Of a stretch of DNA of 64,000 nt, positions 34,677-43,040 are shown piece by piece. Source of the stretch: a virus. Lineage: Duplodnaviria; Heunggongvirae; Uroviricota; Caudoviricetes. Below the pieces are notes generated by a model. The model was not told where the DNA came from. It worked only from the letters and a program-made list of their open reading frames with translations, and ran no database searches. Location of the stretch: positions 299,318-363,317 of the IMG/VR virus record IMGVR_UViG_3300028886_000029; one strand, written 5' to 3'. Each line of letters starts with the position of its first letter. Positions within the stretch are counted from its first letter, which is position 1. Both the position numbers and the translations under genes were made by a program.

Positions 34677-35166
34677 TACTCATTTGAGTACTATTTGAAT
34701 ATTTATCTTTGATTTAATCAAAGATAAATATTTTAATAAAACAAAAAATCAGAAAAAACGACTTTAATTTTTGACAAAAAACTTTAAAAAATGATATTTG
34801 CTATTTGTTTTTTGTGTGTTATAGGAATAACGAGAGTAATAATGGAAGGATATGATGACTATTAAAGACCTTAGGGATATATTAATTCATTTTACTGATA
34901 GGAAATATGATGATTATGAGGTAATATTATGGGATTATAATCATCAGCAGGATTGTGATTGGGGTGGTGGTTATTCATTAAGCCATCCAGATAAAAGACT
35001 TGTCTTTCCGATAACAGTGAATGATGTTAATGAGGAAACCATAACTGACAGGATTAAAAAGGTCATGGATGATTTAAAAAACAAATAGTACTCATTTGAG
35101 TACTATTTGAAAAAAAAAAGTTTGATTTGGCATGATTCTTGTAAGTATATAAAATGTAAAAAAATT

Positions 35167-35205
35167 GGTCCCTTAGCTCAGTTGGTTAGAGAAACAGAAC
35201 CACCA
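35167..35205 (+). pseudogene. tRNA remnant (5' acceptor + D-arm joined directly to a 3' ACCA end)
   Basis: GGTCCCTTAGCTCAGTTGGTTAGAG...AGAACCACCA; anticodon and T arms are missing. Confidence 0.65.
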
Positions 35206-35206
35206 T

Positions 35207-35283
35207 AGGGAAGTATCGGCTCACTCTTATAAAGTGTCGAAACCGTAGCTGGTTGCACGTGGGTTCAAATCCCACCTTCCCTA
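35207..35283 (+). tRNA. Atypical D-arm-less tRNA-like RNA, anticodon UAU (Ile)
   Basis: Acceptor AGGGAAG/CTTCCCT-A; T-arm GTGGG-TTCAAAT-CCCAC; loop CTTATAA in stem CACT/AGTG; extra hairpin AACC-GTAGCT-GGTT. Confidence 0.7.
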
Positions 35284-35290
35284 CTCAAAA

Positions 35291-35641
35291 ATGTTATTTT
35301 GTTTTAAAAAAATAGTTTTATATAATTGTAAAAAAAAATATAAAAACATTATTATGGATTGTTATAAACTTATTACCACAACAAATGATTTTAACTATGT
35401 TGATGTATTTTCAACTTATATGGCCGCAGTCAATAGACTTAAGTCAAATGTCGAAGGACAAAAAGTCCTTGAAAATGTCACCTCAACATATGAATTCGGT
35501 GAATATAGTAAACATAAACCACTTCTTATCGTCCCATACTGGCATGATAACCATATCCTCTATGGTATTAGAACAACCTCTTTCTTTGATAATAAAGAAT
35601 ATTCTATGTATAGATTTATCGTTAAAGACCAAATAATTTAA
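35291..35641 (+). CDS. Hypothetical protein (likely start at MDCYKL)
   Basis: ORF between RNA genes. Confidence 0.6.
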   Translation: MLFCFKKIVLYNCKKKYKNIIMDCYKLITTTNDFNYVDVFSTYMAAVNRLKSNVEGQKVLENVTSTYEFGEYSKHKPLLIVPYWHDNHILYGIRTTSFFDNKEYSMYRFIVKDQII

Positions 35642-35686
35642 CACTATTTTTTTGTTTTTAATATATTTATTTATATATTTGCTGTG

Positions 35687-35855
35687 ATGTTAATTGGCAA
35701 ATATATCATCAGAATAAAAGTTGTTGGTTTTTCTCTTCTCGTTTTTAGTCCAACACCACTTACTGTTAGCCACTTGTTAAGTGTGAAAAAACGAGACCGT
35801 AGTCAAGACGGTGATTCTGATGAAACAAAAATTTGGATGGCTACCGTTATAACAT
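35687..35855 (+). ncRNA. Candidate pseudoknotted structured ncRNA
   Basis: At least 6 complementary segment pairs, two of them 10 bp, including crossing pairs; strand inferred from neighbours. Confidence 0.6.
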
Positions 35856-35909
35856 TCTTTTTGTTCCTCTCATGTAGGATTTTTTGAATGTTTTATTTTA
35901 AAATAATTA

Positions 35910-35972
35910 GGAAAACATACAGCAACCTTCTTTTTATTAAAAAATGTGGTTTTTTTATTTATTGGTTTTCCG
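35910..35972 (+). ncRNA. Stem + ACAGCAA RNA motif in the tRNA-Leu leader
   Basis: GGAAAAC-ATACAGCAA-(loop)-GTTTTCC-G. Confidence 0.65.
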
Positions 35973-35994
35973 TTTATTTTTTCTTTGATAACAC

Positions 35995-36310
35995 GGCGGT
36001 GTGATGAAAGGGTAGACATGAGGGAAAACCGATTGACGGTCAGTCCCCTCCAAGTGGAAACACTTGGATAAACATCGGATGAATTCGGCTGAGGGAATAA
36101 ACCTGAGGGCGAACCAAGCCAAGAATACATTCTTGGAAGGCGTACAGACTAATGGAGAAGTTCAGTCTTCTTAATAACCATATTTAGCGTCCGATACCTA
36201 AAACATTATTTGTCATGGTAAAGAGATAGTCGAGTTATAAACCATTTATAACGCTTAAAATCCCTTGGGCAGCAGTGCCCGTGTGAGTTCGAATCTCACC
36301 ACCGCTACCA
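35995..36310 (+). tRNA. trnL: tRNA-Leu(UAA) interrupted by a group I intron (exons 35995-36025 and 36254-36310)
   Basis: Joined exons give acceptor GGCGGTG/CACCGCT-A-CCA, anticodon arm AGGGA-CTTAAAA-TCCCT, long variable arm GGGCA-GCAG-TGCCC and T-arm GTGAG-TTCGAAT-CTCAC. Confidence 0.92.
36026..36253 (+). ncRNA. Group I intron, 228 nt, no ORF
   Basis: P2 CCAAGTG-GAAA-CACTTGG; P3 ATCGGAT/GTCCGAT; P7 GACTA/TAGTC with AAAGAGATAGTC; P9 GTTATAA/TTATAAC; terminal G. Confidence 0.88.
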
Positions 36311-36316
36311 TCAAAA

Positions 36317-36354
36317 TATCTCATATCGGTTATAGATATGGGATATTTTTTTTT
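36317..36354 (+). terminator. Terminator after tRNA-Leu
   Basis: TATCTCATATC-GGTTATA-GATATGGGATA followed by a T tract. Confidence 0.7.
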
Positions 36355-37202
36355 ATATCAAAAGGTCGAAATTTTTTCCCATTTCTGAAAATTTCCCATA
36401 GGGATTTTTTTAAAACTATTGTCAAAAGGTCGAAATTCCACTGTTTTCGGCATGATTCTTGTAATAATGTAATTGACATATTTTACCGATTGATATACCA
36501 TCAATCCAAGCAGAGAGCATTTTTTAAAATTAACCCTGAAGTATAGTTTCCATTGTACCTATAACTCTGTACATTATATCCATAAAAAAATTAATACAAA
36601 ACATTAATTTCTTTATCTATTTTTGTTATAACGGTATGATTTTTGTATATTTGTATATACAAATAAATAAACTATTTAATATATAACATTATGCTTGACT
36701 TCTTTAAAAATCTCTTTAAGAAAAAAGACACCACTATTGTACCTTCAGTGTTGTATACTACAGTATATAATGACTCCATGCCTAAAAACACGGAGAAAAA
36801 CATCAAACCATATACATTTAAATTGAATGCGGTTGAGTCATATAGGTATGATGAGTTTAAGAAAAAACATCTTAAAGACGGACTACATAGTATCGTATTT
36901 ACCCCTAACGGTATCGGCATAACCAAAAAATGTATATGCGAAAAAAAGAAACTAATAGAAGATATCACTGATTATAACACATTCTAATATGCTTACAATT
37001 AATTTCTGCCACTATAGCAACCTCTACTATATGACATGGTTCTCAGATAATAATATAACTGACATACCAAAACCAATTGTCAATATCTTTAATACTCTCC
37101 TCACTGATGTCTCCTTCGGCTATCATGTCTTCTTTAACCAAGAAAATTATATCAAAATACGTGATATCTTCACAAAAAAATTTAATAACGAAATCAAAAT
37201 AA

Positions 37203-37580
37203 ATGTCTATGAATAATAATAAAAATAATAACAATGGTACTCATTTGAGTACTAACCATAACTCACCTGATAATGTCATTAAACCTATTAACCTTAATGA
37301 CTATACCACTGTCGTGTCATCAAATAATAACACTCTTAAAAATAATGATGATGACTATGAACACGTAGACCACCCTACACACTATAATAACTACTCACAG
37401 GAAGTTATTGATATGATGGAAAAAATTTGGGGTACACAGAACCTCATTACCTTCTGCGAAATGAACGCCTTTAAATATAGAATGAGAATGGGTACTAAAC
37501 CTGATAACCCTATACAACAAGACCTTGATAAAGAAAAATGGTATCTTAATAAAGCTAAACAACTTAGGGAAAAAAACTAA
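37203..37580 (+). CDS. DUF3310-like phage protein
   Basis: VDHPTHY...EVIDMM...FCEMNAFKYRMRMGTK...QDLDKEKWYL. Confidence 0.85.
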   Translation: MSMNNNKNNNNGTHLSTNHNSPDNVIKPINLNDYTTVVSSNNNTLKNNDDDYEHVDHPTHYNNYSQEVIDMMEKIWGTQNLITFCEMNAFKYRMRMGTKPDNPIQQDLDKEKWYLNKAKQLREKN

Positions 37581-37684
37581 AATAACATGCCTACAAAACA
37601 ACAATAGTACTCATTTGAGTACTATTTTTTATATGTGCCCACTATTTATATTAGTATACAATAACAGTTTTTAATATCAATACT

Positions 37685-38047
37685 ATGAATAAAAACCTAC
37701 AAAACGCTGTATTTAAATTCAAAACATTCCTACTCTATGTAATCACTTTCTGCCTTGGCTACGCTGTGGTTACATTAAACCTCCATTTCTTCCCATCAGT
37801 GATTATCTCTATGCTTGCACTTTACGTCTTCTTCCAAGCACTTGACAATACCGATAAACTAAATAATATAGGACAATATAACCCCAATAAAAACCCTAAA
37901 AATAATAACCACCATAACCATTATGACGATGATGATGAATACCATCATAATAAATATCAACAAGAACCAACTGCTGAAGAAGAAGAGGAAGAAGAAATGA
38001 ACGAACAACCTACAGTTGATGACGATGATGTCTTTATGCAAGATTAA
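37685..38047 (+). CDS. Membrane protein with acidic low-complexity tail
   Basis: Two TM segments followed by an H/D/E-rich tail. Confidence 0.7.
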   Translation: MNKNLQNAVFKFKTFLLYVITFCLGYAVVTLNLHFFPSVIISMLALYVFFQALDNTDKLNNIGQYNPNKNPKNNNHHNHYDDDDEYHHNKYQQEPTAEEEEEEEMNEQPTVDDDDVFMQD

Positions 38048-38281
38048 CCTATAATATCGAAAACATAATTTACCATAAAAAAAATCATGACATCTAATGC
38101 CATGATTTTTTTGTATCTATGAGGTATATATTTATATCCCCCACCATTACATGTTTTTTAACTTATCTTTTTGATTAACAATGTTTTGAACTATAATAAA
38201 ATATTTTGGAACATAAAAAAATTGTTGGCAAAAAATTGTACTTAAAAACTACTTAATTGACTATGACCCCATATGAGTAAC

Positions 38282-38322
38282 CTGAAATTTTCTGGAAAAA
38301 ATTTTGGAAAAATTAACGGAAG
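38282..38322. repeat. Distant copy of the 14.7-14.9 kb repeat motif
   Basis: CTGAAATTTTCTGGAAAAAATTTTGGAAAAATTAACGGAAG; GGAAAAATTAACGGAAG is identical to 14912-14928. Confidence 0.8.
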
Positions 38323-38410
38323 ACACAGTTTCTTTTCGTTATTTTGCTATTATTGTGACGAAAAAATTATTTGTCATCTAAAAACCACACAATATTAAAA
38401 ACCACATGAA

Positions 38411-38782
38411 TTAGCATTTTTTTCTGACTTGGACGATTACCTTGTCACCTGGTTTAAATGAGTCAGGCAGATTGATAATAGGTGTTACTCCTGGTAAGAC
38501 ACCATAGCCAAGTCCAAGGCTTTTATCTTCGACTATCTCTTCTTGTGTATAGCCTTGTTTAGCCATCCACTCCGCGCCTTCCTTAAAGGATTCTCTTGCA
38601 TAGGCGTGTTCACAATAAGTACAATTAACTGCCGCCTCATCAAGATTATCTGTTGGAAGGGAAGGCTGAGATTCAAATATATCAACGACCAATTCTATCG
38701 CGTGATAAAGTTCTGTGCTCTCAGGGTCTATTTTCCCACCCATATAATCATTAAGAATCTTTATTGCTTCTTCTTTTTCCAT
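38411..38782 (-). CDS. SLPDNLD/AFKAG-family phage protein
   Basis: PSLPTDNLDEAA...FKEGAEWMAKQG...DKVIVQVRKK. Confidence 0.8.
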   Translation of the reverse strand: MEKEEAIKILNDYMGGKIDPESTELYHAIELVVDIFESQPSLPTDNLDEAAVNCTYCEHAYARESFKEGAEWMAKQGYTQEEIVEDKSLGLGYGVLPGVTPIINLPDSFKPGDKVIVQVRKKC

Positions 38783-38783
38783 A

Positions 38784-38993
38784 TTACATTGAATTTAATT
38801 TATCTTTTATTCTTGCAACAAATATTTCACCAAACAGAACATTTAATGGTTTTATATTATCATTAAACCACTCCATCAGAGCGTCCTTGCGGATGTATTC
38901 CGAAAAGTTTGGAAGTTGTTCTAATGATATTTTCGTAACACAATCGTTGACAACAGCCAAGTCATCAATATAAATCTTATCTGGTGCTTTCAT
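38784..38993 (-). CDS. APDKIY-family protein (paralogs at 9646 and 10261)
   Basis: APDKIY...EYIRKDALMEW. Confidence 0.8.
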   Translation of the reverse strand: MKAPDKIYIDDLAVVNDCVTKISLEQLPNFSEYIRKDALMEWFNDNIKPLNVLFGEIFVARIKDKLNSM

Positions 38994-38994
38994 A

Positions 38995-39549
38995 TTATTC
39001 CTCCTTTATTTTTACTGTCGGATATTCTGATTTAAGTCGCTCTATTACTTTTGCGTTATATTCTGGATTCATTATTCTGTGCCGCATTTCTCGTTGACCA
39101 AGTTCATAGAAATATCGGAACTCTTTTCTTGCCCAATCATAATGAATATCTACCTCACTTTCATGTGTAAATTCACTCATAGGCATACCTTCTACATGTT
39201 CCTCAATCTCTTTCTCCAAATCCAAATCTGACTGCTCCTGAGTGACTGTCGGCAAAGAATCAAATGCGTCAATTATCGCATTCGCCCTATCGTTTGTAGG
39301 GTCAGCATCAAGTATATGATAGACTTTCGTTATAAAATCTTCTCTTACTGCGTCAACATCTACCAAATTATTTGATGATTCCGTCTGCTCTTGCTGTAAA
39401 GAGGTGATGAACTCTTGTATATCTTTACAAGTGTCAATCTTACCCTTGTAATAATCGGCATCGCCATCTGTTGGGTTTAATGCTGCTTTTGCTCCTTCTT
39501 GATAATTGTTTATTGATTTAACCAGTTTATCTGTGTCAACGTATTTCAT
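38995..39549 (-). CDS. MKYIDA-family protein
   Basis: MKYVDTDKL...SLQQEQ...DLEKEI...YFYELG. Confidence 0.8.
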   Translation of the reverse strand: MKYVDTDKLVKSINNYQEGAKAALNPTDGDADYYKGKIDTCKDIQEFITSLQQEQTESSNNLVDVDAVREDFITKVYHILDADPTNDRANAIIDAFDSLPTVTQEQSDLDLEKEIEEHVEGMPMSEFTHESEVDIHYDWARKEFRYFYELGQREMRHRIMNPEYNAKVIERLKSEYPTVKIKEE

Positions 39550-39811
39550 ATTTATTTTTCTTTTCTTGCATTGTTATTGTTTTTAATTAATTTTATATAA
39601 GCATCAATTTTCTTTTTACTTATGTATATTTTTAACCATTTTCCCCCTTTCACAGAAAAATGTTCACAAGTGTATGAATCACCATGATAATTTTGTCTCT
39701 TCATAACTGCTTTACGAAAAGCCATAAGTCTTTTTAAGTTAGTACTAAATACTCTTCTAAAGAAGAATATTTCGTAGTTATTAAGTTTAACTTCTTTATT
39801 GTATTTCATAT

Positions 39812-40456
39812 TTATCCCTCCATTCTTGTTTTTAAGCCAAGTTCAAAGAAATATTTAACAATATCCTTTAAATCAGTAAACGAGGCTGAATAATTATTCG
39901 GCTTAACCATAATATCAAGTTCATCATCAAATTTCCAATCTTTAAAGTAGTCATTGATGATTTTCTCAATATTTACTTCATGTTGTTCCTGCTGAAGATA
40001 TTTATGCAATCTTTCAGCTGCTTCTTGAGGAGTATGTCCATCCCACTCATCGGCAAACTCTTTTTCAGGAACGTGAAACAAATCCCAATCTTTAAGTTTA
40101 TAATGATTACTAATTTGTCCAGTAGGAAGATTAGCCATTACAATGAACCAACCTCCCCCAAAGCATTCTTCACCGGTATGATGTCTCTTTGATTTGTGAA
40201 CCCACTCTTTTGGTAGAAGATTAAAGAACGCCGCATTATAGAGCATTCGATAATAGTAAAGTTCATTGAAAGTATGATACCCGTCAGAAACCTCACCCAT
40301 ATCGGTTTGTTCTTGCTGGAGAGAGTCGATAATATTCTTAACCGCTTTATATGCATCGTGAAGTCCATCATCGTGCCTATCTTTACTTCCGTAAGGCACA
40401 AGTGAGTTAAGCCTTTCTATCTCGGACAATAACTTTTCCGCGTCAATGTATTTCAT
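39812..40456 (-). CDS. MKYIDA-family protein with an inserted WDGH-motif domain
   Basis: SDGYHTFNELY...GQISNHY...EWDGHT flanked on both sides by LQQEQ. Confidence 0.8.
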   Translation of the reverse strand: MKYIDAEKLLSEIERLNSLVPYGSKDRHDDGLHDAYKAVKNIIDSLQQEQTDMGEVSDGYHTFNELYYYRMLYNAAFFNLLPKEWVHKSKRHHTGEECFGGGWFIVMANLPTGQISNHYKLKDWDLFHVPEKEFADEWDGHTPQEAAERLHKYLQQEQHEVNIEKIINDYFKDWKFDDELDIMVKPNNYSASFTDLKDIVKYFFELGLKTRMEG

Positions 40457-40687
40457 ATTTCTTTCTCATTTTTTCAACCCATTCAAGGGCTTCCTCACGT
40501 GTTTTAAAAATTTCATCGTCAAGGACATCCTTCAACCACTCTTCCGTATTGCAGAACGGGCAAGGGTCATCGCCTCCGATGGTGTATACTCCATCTTCGT
40601 AGGAGTCCATATCGTACAAATAACCATTTATGCAATGGGCATCGGGATACGATGCCCCAAAGTGCGGAAATTCGATGTTACACATAT

Positions 40688-41977
40688 TTATAACTTCTTG
40701 AGTTGTTCATAGAGTTGAATCATTACATCAAAGTTATTCCATCCACCTACTGCTGCCTCCGCTCTTGCTTGGAACTCTTCTATATATTTCTTGAATGCCT
40801 TCATCTGCTCCTCGCTTGGTTTCCAATGAGGTTGTAAGGAATCTTTACTACCTTGAGGACGGAGGGATTCGAGGAAATCACAATACTCATTGAATCTTAA
40901 TTTGTCGCCGAGTTTTGCTAATCTTGAATAATCTCGTAGATAAGTACAGATTGCTTTCAACTTTTCTTTATCCTCTTCGCTCCATTCTTGTTTTGATTGG
41001 AGACGAAAGGATTGGAACCAAACAATATCGGATTTTATAGCTTCTATCTTATCATAGTCGGATTTGCATCCCTTTACGTATTCTAACGCTTCTAAAATAT
41101 TAGCATAATGTAATTTATCCTCCTCACTCCACTCCATTGGTTTCTGCTTGATGGTTACATACTTATCGAAGAAATAAAGTGGATTATCCTTGCATTTCTT
41201 TAATTCAGCATCGTAATCTACTGGCTTCTGCTCACATAAGCCATACCTTTCAGGATGAGCAAGTACTTCCTTCTTCCCACTTTCAAATGCTTCGTTGATG
41301 TTTTTGAATTCTGATTGGAGTTCGGCCCACTCTGCTGGTTTCACCTGTGTAAGGCACTCCTTAGCTGTTTCCTTGATTATCTCAACAGGCACATTATCAA
41401 CTCCAGCAGCAAGGAATCCACGATGGATGGCTTTTTCAAGGTCGTTAAGGCCAGAGTAGTCTTGTTTCTCTGCGGGCTTTTGCTCTTTCTCCATTCTCTC
41501 TTTCATCCAAGTAGCCCCAAATTCAGCTATTCGCACAATAGGTACCAATCCTGTGGAATCAGTGGGACTATCAGCACCACCTGATAAGTAAAACTCTCTT
41601 GCGGCTTTATCTAAATCCTTATCATAAATTAAAGAGTCTGGCTTTTGCTCTTTCTGCTTTTTGCCCTCTTTTTTCCCATTCTCAAAAGCATCAGAAATAG
41701 CTTTATCCCACACTTCAGGAGAAACCACAATCATTTTGTCGAGGTCTTTCTGCTTTTCAAGGTAGGCAATCTCAGCATCACAAGGAATACATTTTGATTT
41801 AGCATTATCTTTAATAATGTCAATAATGTGTTTTCTTATCCTTTCATCCTCACTTTCCTTAAGTTGGGGGAATGCGTTTTCTATGGCTAATTTTGTATCG
41901 CCAGACAAATTAGGATAGATTACTCTCATATCCTTCAGAGCCTCATCGTAGGCCATTGCTTTTTCCTCAATTGTCAT
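40688..41977 (-). CDS. EWSEED-repeat family protein
   Basis: ESEDERIRK, QKPAEW, EWSEED repeats, WKPSEEQM. Confidence 0.85.
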   Translation of the reverse strand: MTIEEKAMAYDEALKDMRVIYPNLSGDTKLAIENAFPQLKESEDERIRKHIIDIIKDNAKSKCIPCDAEIAYLEKQKDLDKMIVVSPEVWDKAISDAFENGKKEGKKQKEQKPDSLIYDKDLDKAAREFYLSGGADSPTDSTGLVPIVRIAEFGATWMKERMEKEQKPAEKQDYSGLNDLEKAIHRGFLAAGVDNVPVEIIKETAKECLTQVKPAEWAELQSEFKNINEAFESGKKEVLAHPERYGLCEQKPVDYDAELKKCKDNPLYFFDKYVTIKQKPMEWSEEDKLHYANILEALEYVKGCKSDYDKIEAIKSDIVWFQSFRLQSKQEWSEEDKEKLKAICTYLRDYSRLAKLGDKLRFNEYCDFLESLRPQGSKDSLQPHWKPSEEQMKAFKKYIEEFQARAEAAVGGWNNFDVMIQLYEQLKKL

Positions 41978-42037
41978 AATGTTTTTATTTTTATTTTTTA
42001 TTCATATTATATATTACAAAAATCGTGCCAGAGGAGG

Positions 42038-42628
42038 TTAATCAACATCACTCAGTGACTCATACAAGTTTTTTAGGTAGGCATTGGTTTCTGTTGTCTT
42101 TTCTATTTTGTTTTTATAGTTTCTGGTGTAGAAACGCAAGCTATCCAGAGCAATTTCAATTTTATCTTGAATCCATTCCAAAGGTGTCAATTTTTTTGTT
42201 GTGTAGAGTTCGCAGGGGGAGCAGTCAAAGTCCATAGACTCATTAAGTTGTTTAATCATAAATTCCTTTAATGGAAGCAAGTCAGTGGGAGGGTTCCATG
42301 AATTGGTTTTATTAAGCATAATGAGGTATCTGTTTTTGCGTTCGGTTCTTAGTTTCTCATATGCTTTATTTTCTTCCATATGTTTTTGGTATTCGTCATC
42401 CAATTGTTTTTGGAAGTCCTGTGGATGTTGGAGTGCTTCCAACCATTTTTTCAGTTCATCCAAAAGAATTATAATTTCACTTTTGTAATAGTCAGGAACT
42501 TCAAATATAGGTGGGTTATCATGTGGCAAGTCATCACAATTGACAAGATGTTTAGCACAGGCAAGTGCGAAATCTTTTAATGACATATTGTCACCGTCAT
42601 AAATTTTATAAGTTAATCCTGTTGGCAT
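42038..42628 (-). CDS. Phage hypothetical protein (MPTG..FAL.CA type)
   Basis: 196-aa ORF; W.PP...LK.FM..QL..S..FDC. Confidence 0.75.
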   Translation of the reverse strand: MPTGLTYKIYDGDNMSLKDFALACAKHLVNCDDLPHDNPPIFEVPDYYKSEIIILLDELKKWLEALQHPQDFQKQLDDEYQKHMEENKAYEKLRTERKNRYLIMLNKTNSWNPPTDLLPLKEFMIKQLNESMDFDCSPCELYTTKKLTPLEWIQDKIEIALDSLRFYTRNYKNKIEKTTETNAYLKNLYESLSDVD

Positions 42629-42639
42629 AATTTTATATT

Positions 42640-43038
42640 TTAAGACATTTTATACATATTTTCAGGGGCTTCAAGAGCCAAACCCATTGGAATCAATCCA
42701 CGAAAATCAAAATGATGGGAATTCAGCCAATTCACCATGTTTACAGCCGCAATAGGATAGAGCCACCCATCACTATAGAAATCGGTTTGAAGTGTGGCGA
42801 AATCTTTAGCTTCTTCCTCAGTCATGGAGGACATTGGACGGAGATATGGAAGTATGAATCCCTCATTAAGCCAATAACAGTATATCTCATCAAAATCTAC
42901 AAGAAGCCCATTAGTTTCTTCCCTACTGAACTCCATTGTTTTGTATTTATCAATATCTATTTCAAACCTACATTTTACTCCATATGGCAACCTTGCACAA
43001 AGGTCTTTCAATAACAATTGTTTTTCTTCTTGTGTCAT
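42640..43038 (-). CDS. LCARLPYG-family protein
   Basis: MTQEEKQLLLKDLCARLPYGV...PYLRPMSSMTEEE...HHFDFRGLIPMGLALEAP. Confidence 0.85.
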   Translation of the reverse strand: MTQEEKQLLLKDLCARLPYGVKCRFEIDIDKYKTMEFSREETNGLLVDFDEIYCYWLNEGFILPYLRPMSSMTEEEAKDFATLQTDFYSDGWLYPIAAVNMVNWLNSHHFDFRGLIPMGLALEAPENMYKMS

Positions 43039-43040
43039 AA

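Larger units (their letters stand above)
15566..35088 (+). other. Putative early/host-takeover region: about 50 small, often acidic hypothetical genes
   Basis: Co-oriented 55-210 aa ORFs, most with their own promoter cassette; many are D/E/Y-rich. Confidence 0.8.
15179..36647 (+). promoter_or_regulatory. Array of about 40 sigma54-type promoters (YGGCAY-N5-TTGCW) in a repeated intergenic cassette
   Basis: Starts at 15179, 15795, 16189, 16841, 17170, 17528, 17910, 18187, 18653, 19239, 19623, 19877, 20496, 20964, 21532, 22176, 22515, 22834, 23075, 23790, 24324, 25168, 25577, 26157, 26652, 27275, 27573, 28373, 29745, 30405, 30853, 31830, 32405, 32881, 33640, 35128, 36448, 36632, plus a few degenerate copies; constant -24/-12 spacing, though -12 GC is GT in some copies. 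Confidence 0.85.
23770..37622. repeat. Seven copies of the palindrome GTACTCA-TT-TGAGTAC
   Basis: Exact 16-mers at 23770, 28878, 33620, 34676, 35088, 37237 and 37607. Confidence 0.92.

Noticed and set aside
35817-35826. CTGATGA followed by AAC as a hammerhead ribozyme core
   Set aside because: CTGATGA is sequestered in a 10-bp stem, and no stem II plus separate GAAA arrangement could be built
35684-36546. ORF-track calls overlapping the RNA cluster (35684+, 35870-, 36265+)
   Set aside because: They overlap tRNA, intron and ncRNA structures and have no protein-like features
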